64,000 nucleotides of DNA from Azospirillum sp. (lineage in GTDB: Bacteria > Pseudomonadota > Alphaproteobacteria > CACIAM-22H2), in assembly GCA_020249045.1 (NCBI GenBank), contig JADCGK010000014.1, forward strand, positions 2,650 through 66,649, read 5' to 3'. Made by a program: the position numbers and the translations under genes. Of the stretch, positions 48,314 through 56,589 are shown in pieces. The notes beneath the pieces are model-generated. The model was not told the origin of the DNA. It made no database searches and saw nothing but the letters and a program-made list of their open reading frames with translations. Each line of letters starts with the position of its first letter. The stretch's first letter is position 1.

Positions 48314-49567
48314 ATGGACCGTTTTCCAGACCTGAACCCGCCCGCCCGCCTGTTGATGGGGCCCGGCCCGATCAACGCCGATCCGCGCGTTTTGCGCGCG
48401 ATGGCCACGCCGTTGCTGGGGCAATTCGACCCGGCGATGACCGCGCTGATGAACGAGACGATGGCGCTTTATCGCGGCGTGTTCAAAACCGCGAACAAAT
48501 GGACGATGCTGATCGACGGCACGGCGCGCGCGGGCATCGAAGCGGCGATGGTTTCGCTGATCGAGCCGGGCGACAAGGTGCTGGTGCCGGTGTTCGGCCG
48601 GTTCGGCCATTTGAAGGCCGAGATCGCGCGCCGCTGCGATGCGGACGTCGTGGTGGTCGAGCGCGAATGGGGTACCGTTTTCCCGCTCGAGGAAATCCGC
48701 GACCTCGTCAAGAAGCACCGTCCCAAGCTGCTGGCGATGTGCCAGGGCGACACCTCCACGACCATGCTCCAGCCGCTCGCCGGCGTGGGCGCGATCGCGC
48801 GCGAATTCGACTGTCTGTTCTACACCGACACGACCGCCTCGCTGGGCGGCAACGATCTCCGCGCCGACGAATGGGCGATCGACCTCGTTTCCTCGGGGCT
48901 CCAGAAATGCCTCGCCGGGCCGTCGGGTTCGGCGCCGGTCACGATCGGCCCGCGTGCGGAAGCCGCGATCCGCCGCCGCCGGCACGTCGAGCTGGGCATC
49001 GCCACGGCCAACGACGTGCCCGGCAACGGGGCGCGCATCCGGTCCAACTATTTCGACCTCGCCATGATCATGGATTATTGGAGCGAGAAGCGCCTCAACC
49101 ACCACACCGAGGCGACTTCGATGCTCTACGCCTCGCGCGAATGCGCGAAGATCCTGGTCGAGGAAGGCTTGGATACGGCGATCGAGCGCCACCGCGTGGC
49201 CGGCATCGCGATGGCCGAAGGACTCAAGGCGATGGGGTTGAAGCTGTTCGGCGACCAGTCGAACAAGATGAACAACGTCGTGGGCATCCACATTCCGGCC
49301 GAAGTGCAGGGCGATGCCGTGCGCAAGGCGATGCTCGACGATTTCTCGATCGAAATCGGCACGTCGTTCGGACCCTTGCACGGCAAGATCTGGCGCATCG
49401 GCACGATGGGCTACAACGCGCGCAAGGATTGCGTGACGACGACGCTCGCGGCGCTCGAAAGCGTGCTCGGCATGCACAAGGCCAAGATCGCGCCGGGCCA
49501 AGCCGTGCCCGCGGCTTTGGCCGTTTTCCGTTCGGCCGAAGCCGCGTCGGCGAAAGCGGCCGAATAG
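48314..49567 (+). CDS. Class V aminotransferase (serine/alanine-glyoxylate aminotransferase family)
   Basis: LLMGPGPINADPRVLRAM and SGLQKCLAGPSG (PLP Lys). Confidence 0.8.
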   Translation: MDRFPDLNPPARLLMGPGPINADPRVLRAMATPLLGQFDPAMTALMNETMALYRGVFKTANKWTMLIDGTARAGIEAAMVSLIEPGDKVLVPVFGRFGHLKAEIARRCDADVVVVEREWGTVFPLEEIRDLVKKHRPKLLAMCQGDTSTTMLQPLAGVGAIAREFDCLFYTDTTASLGGNDLRADEWAIDLVSSGLQKCLAGPSGSAPVTIGPRAEAAIRRRRHVELGIATANDVPGNGARIRSNYFDLAMIMDYWSEKRLNHHTEATSMLYASRECAKILVEEGLDTAIERHRVAGIAMAEGLKAMGLKLFGDQSNKMNNVVGIHIPAEVQGDAVRKAMLDDFSIEIGTSFGPLHGKIWRIGTMGYNARKDCVTTTLAALESVLGMHKAKIAPGQAVPAALAVFRSAEAASAKAAE

Positions 49568-49570
49568 CGC

Positions 49571-50266
49571 TTGGAGCATCCCGTCCACCTCGCGCTGGCG
49601 CTGGCCGACGGGCCGTGGGCGCTGGCGGTCGCGTTGTTCGCGGCGGGGTTGGCGGGCGGGTTCGTCCATTGCGCGGCGATGTGCGGACCTTTCGTGATGG
49701 CGCAAACCTTGGCGCGGATGGACGCGGGCCCGCGGCGCTTGGCGGGGGCCGCACTCGCGCCCTATCACGCGGGGCGGTTGGTTTCCTACGCGGCGCTGGG
49801 TGGCGTGTTGGGGGGCCTGGGCGGGGCCCTCGCCGCCGTACCCGGCTTGGGCGCGGCGATCCCGATTTCGTTGGCGTCGGCCGGAATTCTGTTCGCGCTG
49901 CAAGCCTGGGGAAAGGCATTCGGCGGGCAAGGTGGGGCGGCGGGCGCTTGGCTCGGTCGCAAGGTACGCCCGTTGCTCGAATCGCCGGGGCCGGGGCGGG
50001 GGTTCGCGCTCGGCCTCGCGTTGGGATTCCTGCCGTGCGGCTTTCTTTATGCGGCGCTGGCCGCCGCCGCGGGCGCGGGCGGCGCCGCGCAAGGCGCGCT
50101 CGCGATGGCCGGCTTCGCACTCGGGACCGTGCCGTCGCTGCTGGTCGTGGGCTTCGCGGGCGCCATGGCCGCCAAACGCTGGCGTGCCGCGCTGGCCGCA
50201 TTGGCGCCGGGGCTGCTGGCGATCAACGCCGCCTTGCTGTTCTGGATGGCCTGGCGCGCGTCATGA
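49571..50266 (+). CDS. DsbD_2/COG2836-type membrane protein commonly found near cbb3 oxidase genes
   Basis: Multi-TM with the GFVHCAAMCGPFV and GFLPCGFLY motifs. A TTG start is inferred, so the start is uncertain. Confidence 0.6.
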   Translation: MEHPVHLALALADGPWALAVALFAAGLAGGFVHCAAMCGPFVMAQTLARMDAGPRRLAGAALAPYHAGRLVSYAALGGVLGGLGGALAAVPGLGAAIPISLASAGILFALQAWGKAFGGQGGAAGAWLGRKVRPLLESPGPGRGFALGLALGFLPCGFLYAALAAAAGAGGAAQGALAMAGFALGTVPSLLVVGFAGAMAAKRWRAALAALAPGLLAINAALLFWMAWRAS

Positions 50267-51055
50267 CGCCGGTTCGGCGTCCACGACCAGATCCTTGTAG
50301 GCGTGCCACGTCGCATGCCCGATCAGCGGCAGCGTGACCGCCAAGCCCAGGAAGAACGGCACCATCCCGAACCCGGTGAAGGCGACGATCAGCGCCGCCC
50401 ACAGCGCCATCGGTTTCCAGTTTTCGCGCACGGCGACGAAGGATGTGGCGATCGCCGTCCACACGGTGCAATCCCGGCGGTCGAGCAGCATCGGGATCGA
50501 CACCGCCGAAATCGCGAACACCAGCGTCGCCAGAACCGCGCCGATCGCCGTGCCGACGATCAGGAACGGCATCGAATCGGGCGAGAACAGCGTCATGTCG
50601 ACCAGCTCGCGCACCGTACTGCTCGGCGTGCCGAAGAACAGCGCGAACAGCAGCAGCGCCACGCGCGTCCAGAACAAATTGAAGACCATCAGCACGAGGC
50701 CCATATACGCGAGATGCTCCGGGTTGCGCCCCAGCGCCCGGGCGGTGACCGCGAAGTCCGGCGTCTCGCCGAGCGCGAGGCGGCGGCTCGCGTCGTAGAG
50801 CCCCGCCGCGAGCAGCGGGGCCAGGAACATGAAGCCCGCCGCGAGCGGCAGCAGCGCGTAGACCGACTCGAACCACGCGAGTGCCGCGACGATGCCGTAG
50901 CTCGCCGCCACGACGGCGATTCCGTAGGGCAGGCTTGCGCCGGGCGCACGGCGGAAATCGTCCCAGCCTTTGGCGAGCCAAACCCACGGCCGATCCACCG
51001 CGACGCGGCGGATTTTCGGACTCGGATGCATGAAAACGGACACCGCGTCGGACAT
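50261..51055 (-). CDS. DUF2189-like integral membrane protein
   Basis: 264 aa from MSDAVS. RPW.WL.KGW.DF, then several TM segments. Divergent from ccoN. Confidence 0.65.
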   Translation of the reverse strand: MSDAVSVFMHPSPKIRRVAVDRPWVWLAKGWDDFRRAPGASLPYGIAVVAASYGIVAALAWFESVYALLPLAAGFMFLAPLLAAGLYDASRRLALGETPDFAVTARALGRNPEHLAYMGLVLMVFNLFWTRVALLLFALFFGTPSSTVRELVDMTLFSPDSMPFLIVGTAIGAVLATLVFAISAVSIPMLLDRRDCTVWTAIATSFVAVRENWKPMALWAALIVAFTGFGMVPFFLGLAVTLPLIGHATWHAYKDLVVDAEPAS

Positions 51056-51116
51056 GCGAAGGCGCTCTCCCGGCGTTATTTCCCGCGAACACTGACCTTT
51101 CGGCGCCGGCCGCGCT

Positions 51117-51130
51117 TTGACCTGGATCAA
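51117..51130. promoter_or_regulatory. FNR/FixK-type anaerobox
   Basis: TTGACCTGGATCAA matches TTGAT-N4-ATCAA at 9 of 10 positions. Its centre is ~110 nt upstream of the ccoN ATG. GATAGT (51153-51158) is correctly spaced for a class II -10 element. Confidence 0.75.
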
Positions 51131-51233
51131 TGTGCCGCGGCGCGGCATCGCGGATAGTCCGGCCATCGAAGCGTGCCCGAGGGGGCCGTCGCGCGTCCGC
51201 GCACGGGATCGGGAACACGGAAGGGGAAGAAAG

Positions 51234-52709
51234 ATGGCCGCTACTGCCGCCACGATGGACGGGGCGTTCCGCGCGCAAGCGCACGCGACACCCGCCTACA
51301 ACGATGACGTCGTCAAGGCGGCGTGCATCGCGACCGCGTTCTGGGGATGCGTGGGCTTCCTGGTCGGGGTCGTGATCGCCTCGCAGCTCGCTTGGCCGGT
51401 CATGAATCTCGGCCTCGAGTGGACGAGCTTCGGGCGCTTGCGGCCGCTGCACACGTCGGCGGTGATCTTCGCCTTCGGCGGCAACGCGATGCTCGCCGCG
51501 TCCTTCTACATCGTGCAGCGCACCTGCCGGACGGGCCTGTTCATGGGCTCGGCGGGCGCGTGGTTCGTGTTCTGGGGCTACCAGCTTTTCATCGTCATGG
51601 CCGCGCTGGGCTACGTGTTGGGCATCACGTCGGGCAAGGAGTACGCCGAGCCCGAGTGGTTCGTCGATCTGTGGCTGACGATCGTCTGGGTCGTCTATCT
51701 CGTGGTCTACGCGGGCACGCTGATGAAGCGCGAGGAACCGCACATCTACGTCGCCAACTGGTTCATCCTGGCCTTCATCATCACCGTCGCGATGCTGCAC
51801 ATCGGCAACAACATCCAGGTGCCGGTCAGCCTCTTCGGCTGGAAAAGCTACACCGTGCCCGCCGGCGTGCAGGACGCGATGATCCAATGGTGGTACGGCC
51901 ACAACGCGGTCGGCTTCTTCCTGACCGCCGGCTTCCTGGGCATGATGTACTACTTCATCCCCAAGGCGGCGGGCCGTCCGGTCTATTCCTACCGGCTGTC
52001 GATCGTCCACTTCTGGGCGCTGGTCTTCCTCTACATCTGGGCGGGCCCGCACCATCTGCACTACACGGCGCTGCCCGACTGGGCGCAGACGCTGGGCATG
52101 ACGTTCTCGATCATGCTGTGGATGCCGTCCTGGGGCGGCATGATCAACGGCCTGATGACGCTCGCGGGCGCATGGGACAAGCTGCGCACCGACGCGTCGC
52201 TGCGCTTCTCGGTCACCGCGGTCGCCTTCTACGGCATGTCGACCTTCGAAGGGCCGATGATGTCGATCAAGGCGGTCAACGCCCTGTCGCACTACACCGA
52301 TTGGACGATCGGCCACGTGCATTCGGGCGCCATGGGGTGGGTCGGTTTCGTCAGCTTCGGAATGCTCTACTACCTCGTGCCCAAGCTTTGGGGCCGGGCG
52401 GGGCTTTATTCGGCCAAGCTCGTCGCGTGGCACTTCTGGATCTCGACGCTGGGCATCGTCCTCTACATCACCGCGATGTGGGTGTCGGGCATCATGCAGG
52501 GCCTGATGTGGCGCGCCTACGACGAGTACGGCTTCCTGCAATACGCCTTCGTCGAAACGGTCGCGGCGATGCACCCCTTCTACGTGATCCGCACGTTGGG
52601 CGGGCTGCTCTATCTCGTGGGCGCGCTGATCATGGTGGTGAACCTCGTCAAAACCGTCACGTCGGGCGAGCCGGAGCGCGCCGTCGCGCCTGCGGCGGCG
52701 GCGGCGTGA
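51234..52709 (+). CDS. ccoN: cbb3-type cytochrome c oxidase subunit I
   Basis: 12+ TM segments with conserved His ligand contexts ([13 protein letters not shown]; [10 protein letters not shown]; GPHHLHYT; [13 protein letters not shown]). AAGGGGAAG RBS. Confidence 0.95.
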   Translation: MAATAATMDGAFRAQAHATPAYNDDVVKAACIATAFWGCVGFLVGVVIASQLAWPVMNLGLEWTSFGRLRPLHTSAVIFAFGGNAMLAASFYIVQRTCRTGLFMGSAGAWFVFWGYQLFIVMAALGYVLGITSGKEYAEPEWFVDLWLTIVWVVYLVVYAGTLMKREEPHIYVANWFILAFIITVAMLHIGNNIQVPVSLFGWKSYTVPAGVQDAMIQWWYGHNAVGFFLTAGFLGMMYYFIPKAAGRPVYSYRLSIVHFWALVFLYIWAGPHHLHYTALPDWAQTLGMTFSIMLWMPSWGGMINGLMTLAGAWDKLRTDASLRFSVTAVAFYGMSTFEGPMMSIKAVNALSHYTDWTIGHVHSGAMGWVGFVSFGMLYYLVPKLWGRAGLYSAKLVAWHFWISTLGIVLYITAMWVSGIMQGLMWRAYDEYGFLQYAFVETVAAMHPFYVIRTLGGLLYLVGALIMVVNLVKTVTSGEPERAVAPAAAAA

Positions 52710-52725
52710 AGGGGAGGGAACGGAA

Positions 52726-53451
52726 ATGGCTTTGAAACACGAAATCCTCGAGAAGAACGTCGTCCTCCTCGCCATCTGCACGTTGATCACGGTGGCCATC
52801 GGCGGCTTGGTGCAAATCGTGCCGCTGTTCGTCCAGGAACAGACGATCGAGCGCGTGGAGGGCGTGCGGCCCTACTCGCCGCTCGAACTCGCGGGCCGGA
52901 ACATCTACATCCGCGAGGGCTGCTACAACTGCCACAGCCAGATGGTCCGCCCGTTCCGGGACGAGATCGAACGCTACGGCCATTACAGCCTGGCGGCCGA
53001 GTCGATGTACGACCATCCCTTCCAATGGGGTTCGAAGCGCACGGGCCCCGACCTCGCGCGCGTCGGCGGCAAGTATTCGGACGATTGGCACGTGGCGCAC
53101 ATGATCAATCCGCGCGCGGTCGTGCCGGAATCCATCATGCCGGGCTACGCGTTCCTCGCGACGCGCGAATTGAAGTTCGACGATGTGGCCGACCATCTGC
53201 GCACGCTGCGCCTGATCGGCGTGCCCTACACGCAAGCGATGATCGACAACGCGCGCGCCGATCTGGTCGCCCAGCAGAATCCCGACGCCGACACCGACGC
53301 GCTCGCCAAGCGCTATCCCAAGGCCGTCGTCTCGGCCTTCGCGGGCGATCCCGCGAAGGTGACGGAAATGGACGCGTTGGTCGCGTATCTGCAGATGCTC
53401 GGCACGCTGGTCGACTTCAAGTCGGTCCGCCCCGAACAGCTGCGCCAGTGA
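52726..53451 (+). CDS. ccoO: cbb3-type cytochrome c oxidase subunit II (monoheme)
   Basis: [20 protein letters not shown] and [20 protein letters not shown]. Confidence 0.95.
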   Translation: MALKHEILEKNVVLLAICTLITVAIGGLVQIVPLFVQEQTIERVEGVRPYSPLELAGRNIYIREGCYNCHSQMVRPFRDEIERYGHYSLAAESMYDHPFQWGSKRTGPDLARVGGKYSDDWHVAHMINPRAVVPESIMPGYAFLATRELKFDDVADHLRTLRLIGVPYTQAMIDNARADLVAQQNPDADTDALAKRYPKAVVSAFAGDPAKVTEMDALVAYLQMLGTLVDFKSVRPEQLRQ

Positions 53452-53461
53452 GGAGGCGGAA

Positions 53462-53614
53462 ATGAGCAACCAGGAAATCATGACCCTGCTCGGCACCGCG
53501 CAGACCGTTTGGCTCGTCGTCTTCTTCGCCGGGCTGGTCGCTTGGGCCTTCTGGCCGTCGCGGCGCGCGGAGATGGACGATCATTCGCGCATTCCGCTGC
53601 GCGACGACCGCTGA
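53462..53614 (+). CDS. ccoQ: cbb3-type cytochrome c oxidase subunit CcoQ/FixQ
   Basis: 50-aa single-TM ORF (MSNQEIMTLLGTAQTVWLVVFFAGLVAWAFWPSRR...). AGGAGG RBS 5 nt upstream. Below the ORF-track size cutoff. Canonical position between ccoO and ccoP. Confidence 0.75.
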   Translation: MSNQEIMTLLGTAQTVWLVVFFAGLVAWAFWPSRRAEMDDHSRIPLRDDR

Positions 53615-53634
53615 CCTTCATCCGGGGAAAACCG

Positions 53635-54504
53635 ATGCCCACGAAGATCGAGAAAGACGAAATCACCGGCACCGATACCACCGGCCATGAATGGGACGGC
53701 ATCAAGGAACTCAACACGCCCCTGCCGAAATGGTGGGTGTGGACGTTCTACGCCACCATCGTGTGGTCGATCGGCTACTTCATCGCCTATCCGTCCTGGC
53801 CCACGCTCTCGGGCCACACGACGGGCGTCCTCGGCTGGACCCAGCGCGGCGAAATCGCCGAGAAGCTGGCCGAAGCCAAGGCCCAGCGCGCGCCGTTCGT
53901 GAACCGGATCGAGCAGGCCCCGCTCGACGAGATCCGCCGGACGCCCGACCTGCTGAACTTCGCGATGGCGGGCGGTCGTTCGGTCTTCGCCGAGAACTGC
54001 GCGCCGTGCCACGGTGCGGGCGGGGCGGGGGCTAAAGGCTATCCCAACCTCGCGGACGATTCCTGGCTGTGGGGCGGCAAGCTCGAGGACATCCACACCA
54101 CGATCGTCCACGGCATCCGCAACGCGAACGCGGAATCGCGCACCAGCGTGATGCCGCGCTTCGGCGCCGACGGCCTGTTGAACGCGCGCCAGATCGACGA
54201 CGTCGCCGAATACGTGCTGTCGTTGTCGCGGCGCGCGACCAACGCGGACGGCGCCAAGCGCGGAGAGGCCGTTTTCGTCGAGAATTGCGTCGCGTGCCAT
54301 CAGGAAGGCGGCGTGGGCTCGACGGAGATCGGCGCGCCCAATCTCGCCGCGAATATCTGGGTCTATGGCGGCGACAAGGCGACGATCGTCGAGACGATCC
54401 GGAATTCGCGCGCGGGTGCCATGCCCGGGTGGACGGGCCGTCTGGACGACGCGACGATCAAGATGCTGGCCGTCTACGTCCACGCGCTGGGCGGCGGCAG
54501 GTAA
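53635..54504 (+). CDS. ccoP: cbb3-type cytochrome c oxidase subunit III (diheme)
   Basis: GHEWDGIKELNTPLPKWW and two CxxCH motifs (CAPCH, CVACH). Confidence 0.9.
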   Translation: MPTKIEKDEITGTDTTGHEWDGIKELNTPLPKWWVWTFYATIVWSIGYFIAYPSWPTLSGHTTGVLGWTQRGEIAEKLAEAKAQRAPFVNRIEQAPLDEIRRTPDLLNFAMAGGRSVFAENCAPCHGAGGAGAKGYPNLADDSWLWGGKLEDIHTTIVHGIRNANAESRTSVMPRFGADGLLNARQIDDVAEYVLSLSRRATNADGAKRGEAVFVENCVACHQEGGVGSTEIGAPNLAANIWVYGGDKATIVETIRNSRAGAMPGWTGRLDDATIKMLAVYVHALGGGR

Positions 54505-54508
54505 GGTG

Positions 54509-54552
54509 GCGCGGGCGGCGGGGGCCGCATCGGACGCCCCGCCGCCCGCCGC
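54509..54552 (+). other. Strong GC hairpin between ccoP and ccoG
   Basis: Perfect 12-bp stem (54512-54523 / 54537-54548), extendable on both sides. No following T-run. Confidence 0.5.
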
Positions 54553-54570
54553 GCGTTCCGGGAAGGGCAC

Positions 54571-56082
54571 GTGAGCGATATGGACGGCGGCGACACCAAA
54601 CTTCGCGAACGCGACGTCGCGGTCGAGGACGCGCGGTCGGTCGCCGCGCAGAAGAAGGAGCTTCCGCTCTACGTCAGCCGCATCAAGGTCCATCCCAAGG
54701 ACGTGAAGGGGCTGTTCCGGCGTCTGAAATGGGCGGTGCTGGCGTTCTGTCTGACGATCTATTACGTCGCGCCGTTCCTGCGCTGGGATCGCGGCCCCAC
54801 CGCACCCGATCAGGCCATCCTGATCGACATGCCCGGGCGCAAAGCCTATTTCTTCATGATCGAGATCTGGCCGCAGGAAGTCTATTTCCTGACCGGGTTG
54901 CTGATCCTCGCGGCGATCGGTCTCTTCCTCGTCACGTCGTTGTTCGGCCGGTTGTGGTGCGGCTACGCCTGCCCGCAAACGGTTTGGACCGACCTGTTCA
55001 TGTGGGTCGAACGCAAGATCGAGGGCGACCGCAACGCGCGCATCAAGCTCGACGCCGCTCCCTACTCGGTCGACAAGATCGCGAAACGCGCCGCCAAGCA
55101 TGCGGCCTGGCTCGCGATCGCGCTCGCCACCGGCGGCGCTTGGGTGCTTTATTTCGCCGATGCGCCGACGACGCTGCGCGAGTTCTTCGCGGGCGAAGCG
55201 AGCTTCACGCAGTATCTTTTCGTCGGCATCTTCACCGCGACGACCTACACGCTCGCCGGCTGGGCGCGCGAGCAGGTCTGCACCTATATGTGCCCCTGGC
55301 CGCGTTTCCAAAGCGCCATGCTCGACGACGAAAGCTACGTCGTCACCTACGAAAAATGGCGCGGCGAGCCCCGCGGCAAGCTCGCCAAGACCCAGATCGA
55401 CGCCGATCCGTGGGCGGGCCGCGGCGACTGCGTCGACTGCAATTCCTGCGTCGCCGTCTGCCCGACGGGCATCGACATCCGCGACGGCCAGCAGCTCGAA
55501 TGCATCGGCTGCGGGTTGTGCATCGACGCGTGCGACGCGGTGATGGACAAGGTCGGCCGGCCGCGCGGCCTGATCCGGTTCGACACGCTCGCCAACCAAA
55601 CCTGCCGCGCCGAAGGCAAGCCCGCGCACCACAAATTCATCCGTCCGCGCACGATGATCTATGCGGGCGTCCTCGTTCTCGTCTCCGCGGTCATGCTGGT
55701 CGCGTTGATGCTGCGCACGACGGTCGAACTCAACGTCCTGCGCGACCGCGCGCCGCTTTTCGTGACGCTCAGCGACGGGCAGATCCGCAACGCCTATACG
55801 ATCCACATTCTCAACAAGACCCACGAGTCCCGCGATTTCGCGCTCGCCGTCTCGGGTCTTGCGGGCGCCACGCTCGCCGTCGCCGGCGCCGAGGCGGCGC
55901 CCGCGACGCGTATCGTTCTCGCCGCCAAGCCCGATGCCGTCGCCAGCTATCGCGTGTTCGTGACCGTTCCTGCCGCGACGGTCGCCGGCCGCGCGTCCTC
56001 GTCCGTCCGCTTCGATCTGACCCCGACCGCGGGCACGGGCGCCGCGCGGTACGACTCCGTCTTCCTCGCCCCCGGAAAATAG
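54571..56082 (+). CDS. ccoG: cbb3 oxidase accessory protein CcoG/FixG (polyferredoxin)
   Basis: Has TM segments, CGYACPQTVWTD, and two 4Fe-4S motifs (CVDCNSCVAVCP; CIGCGLCIDACD). Confidence 0.9.
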   Translation: MSDMDGGDTKLRERDVAVEDARSVAAQKKELPLYVSRIKVHPKDVKGLFRRLKWAVLAFCLTIYYVAPFLRWDRGPTAPDQAILIDMPGRKAYFFMIEIWPQEVYFLTGLLILAAIGLFLVTSLFGRLWCGYACPQTVWTDLFMWVERKIEGDRNARIKLDAAPYSVDKIAKRAAKHAAWLAIALATGGAWVLYFADAPTTLREFFAGEASFTQYLFVGIFTATTYTLAGWAREQVCTYMCPWPRFQSAMLDDESYVVTYEKWRGEPRGKLAKTQIDADPWAGRGDCVDCNSCVAVCPTGIDIRDGQQLECIGCGLCIDACDAVMDKVGRPRGLIRFDTLANQTCRAEGKPAHHKFIRPRTMIYAGVLVLVSAVMLVALMLRTTVELNVLRDRAPLFVTLSDGQIRNAYTIHILNKTHESRDFALAVSGLAGATLAVAGAEAAPATRIVLAAKPDAVASYRVFVTVPAATVAGRASSSVRFDLTPTAGTGAARYDSVFLAPGK

Positions 56083-56091
56083 GAAACGCCC

Positions 56092-56589
56092 ATGTCCGTC
56101 TCCTCGCTGCGCTTCGATCCCAACCGCCATCTCTGGCTTGTCTATCCGATCGCGTTCGTTGCGGTCCTCATCGCCAACGGCGCGCTCGTGTACTTCGCGC
56201 TGTCGAGCTGGCCCGGCCTCGCCTACGACAACGCCTTCGAACGCGGGCGGAAATACAATCAGGTCCTGCGCGAGGAGGACCGCGAGTCGCGCCTCGGCTG
56301 GCGGTTGGAGGCGCGCTACGAAGCGGCCACGGCACGGTCGGGCGTCTTGATCGTCCGCGCGGTCGACCGCGAGGGCCGGCCGCTGGTCGATCTCGGCGTC
56401 GCGGCCGCGCTGATTCGGCCGGTCGGCGGCGGCGTCGCGGACCGGGCGGTCGAATTGCGTGCCGAAGCGCCCGGCGTGTACGCCGCGACGATCGATGTGC
56501 CGCTGCCGGGCCAGTGGGAAGCGCGACTGACCGCCATCGATGCGACCGGCGAGCGCGTGCACGAGGCCTATCGTTTCGTCGTGCGCTGA
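56092..56589 (+). CDS. ccoH: cbb3 oxidase assembly protein CcoH/FixH
   Basis: Single N-terminal TM followed by a FixH-type domain. Canonical position. Confidence 0.8.
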   Translation: MSVSSLRFDPNRHLWLVYPIAFVAVLIANGALVYFALSSWPGLAYDNAFERGRKYNQVLREEDRESRLGWRLEARYEAATARSGVLIVRAVDREGRPLVDLGVAAALIRPVGGGVADRAVELRAEAPGVYAATIDVPLPGQWEARLTAIDATGERVHEAYRFVVR

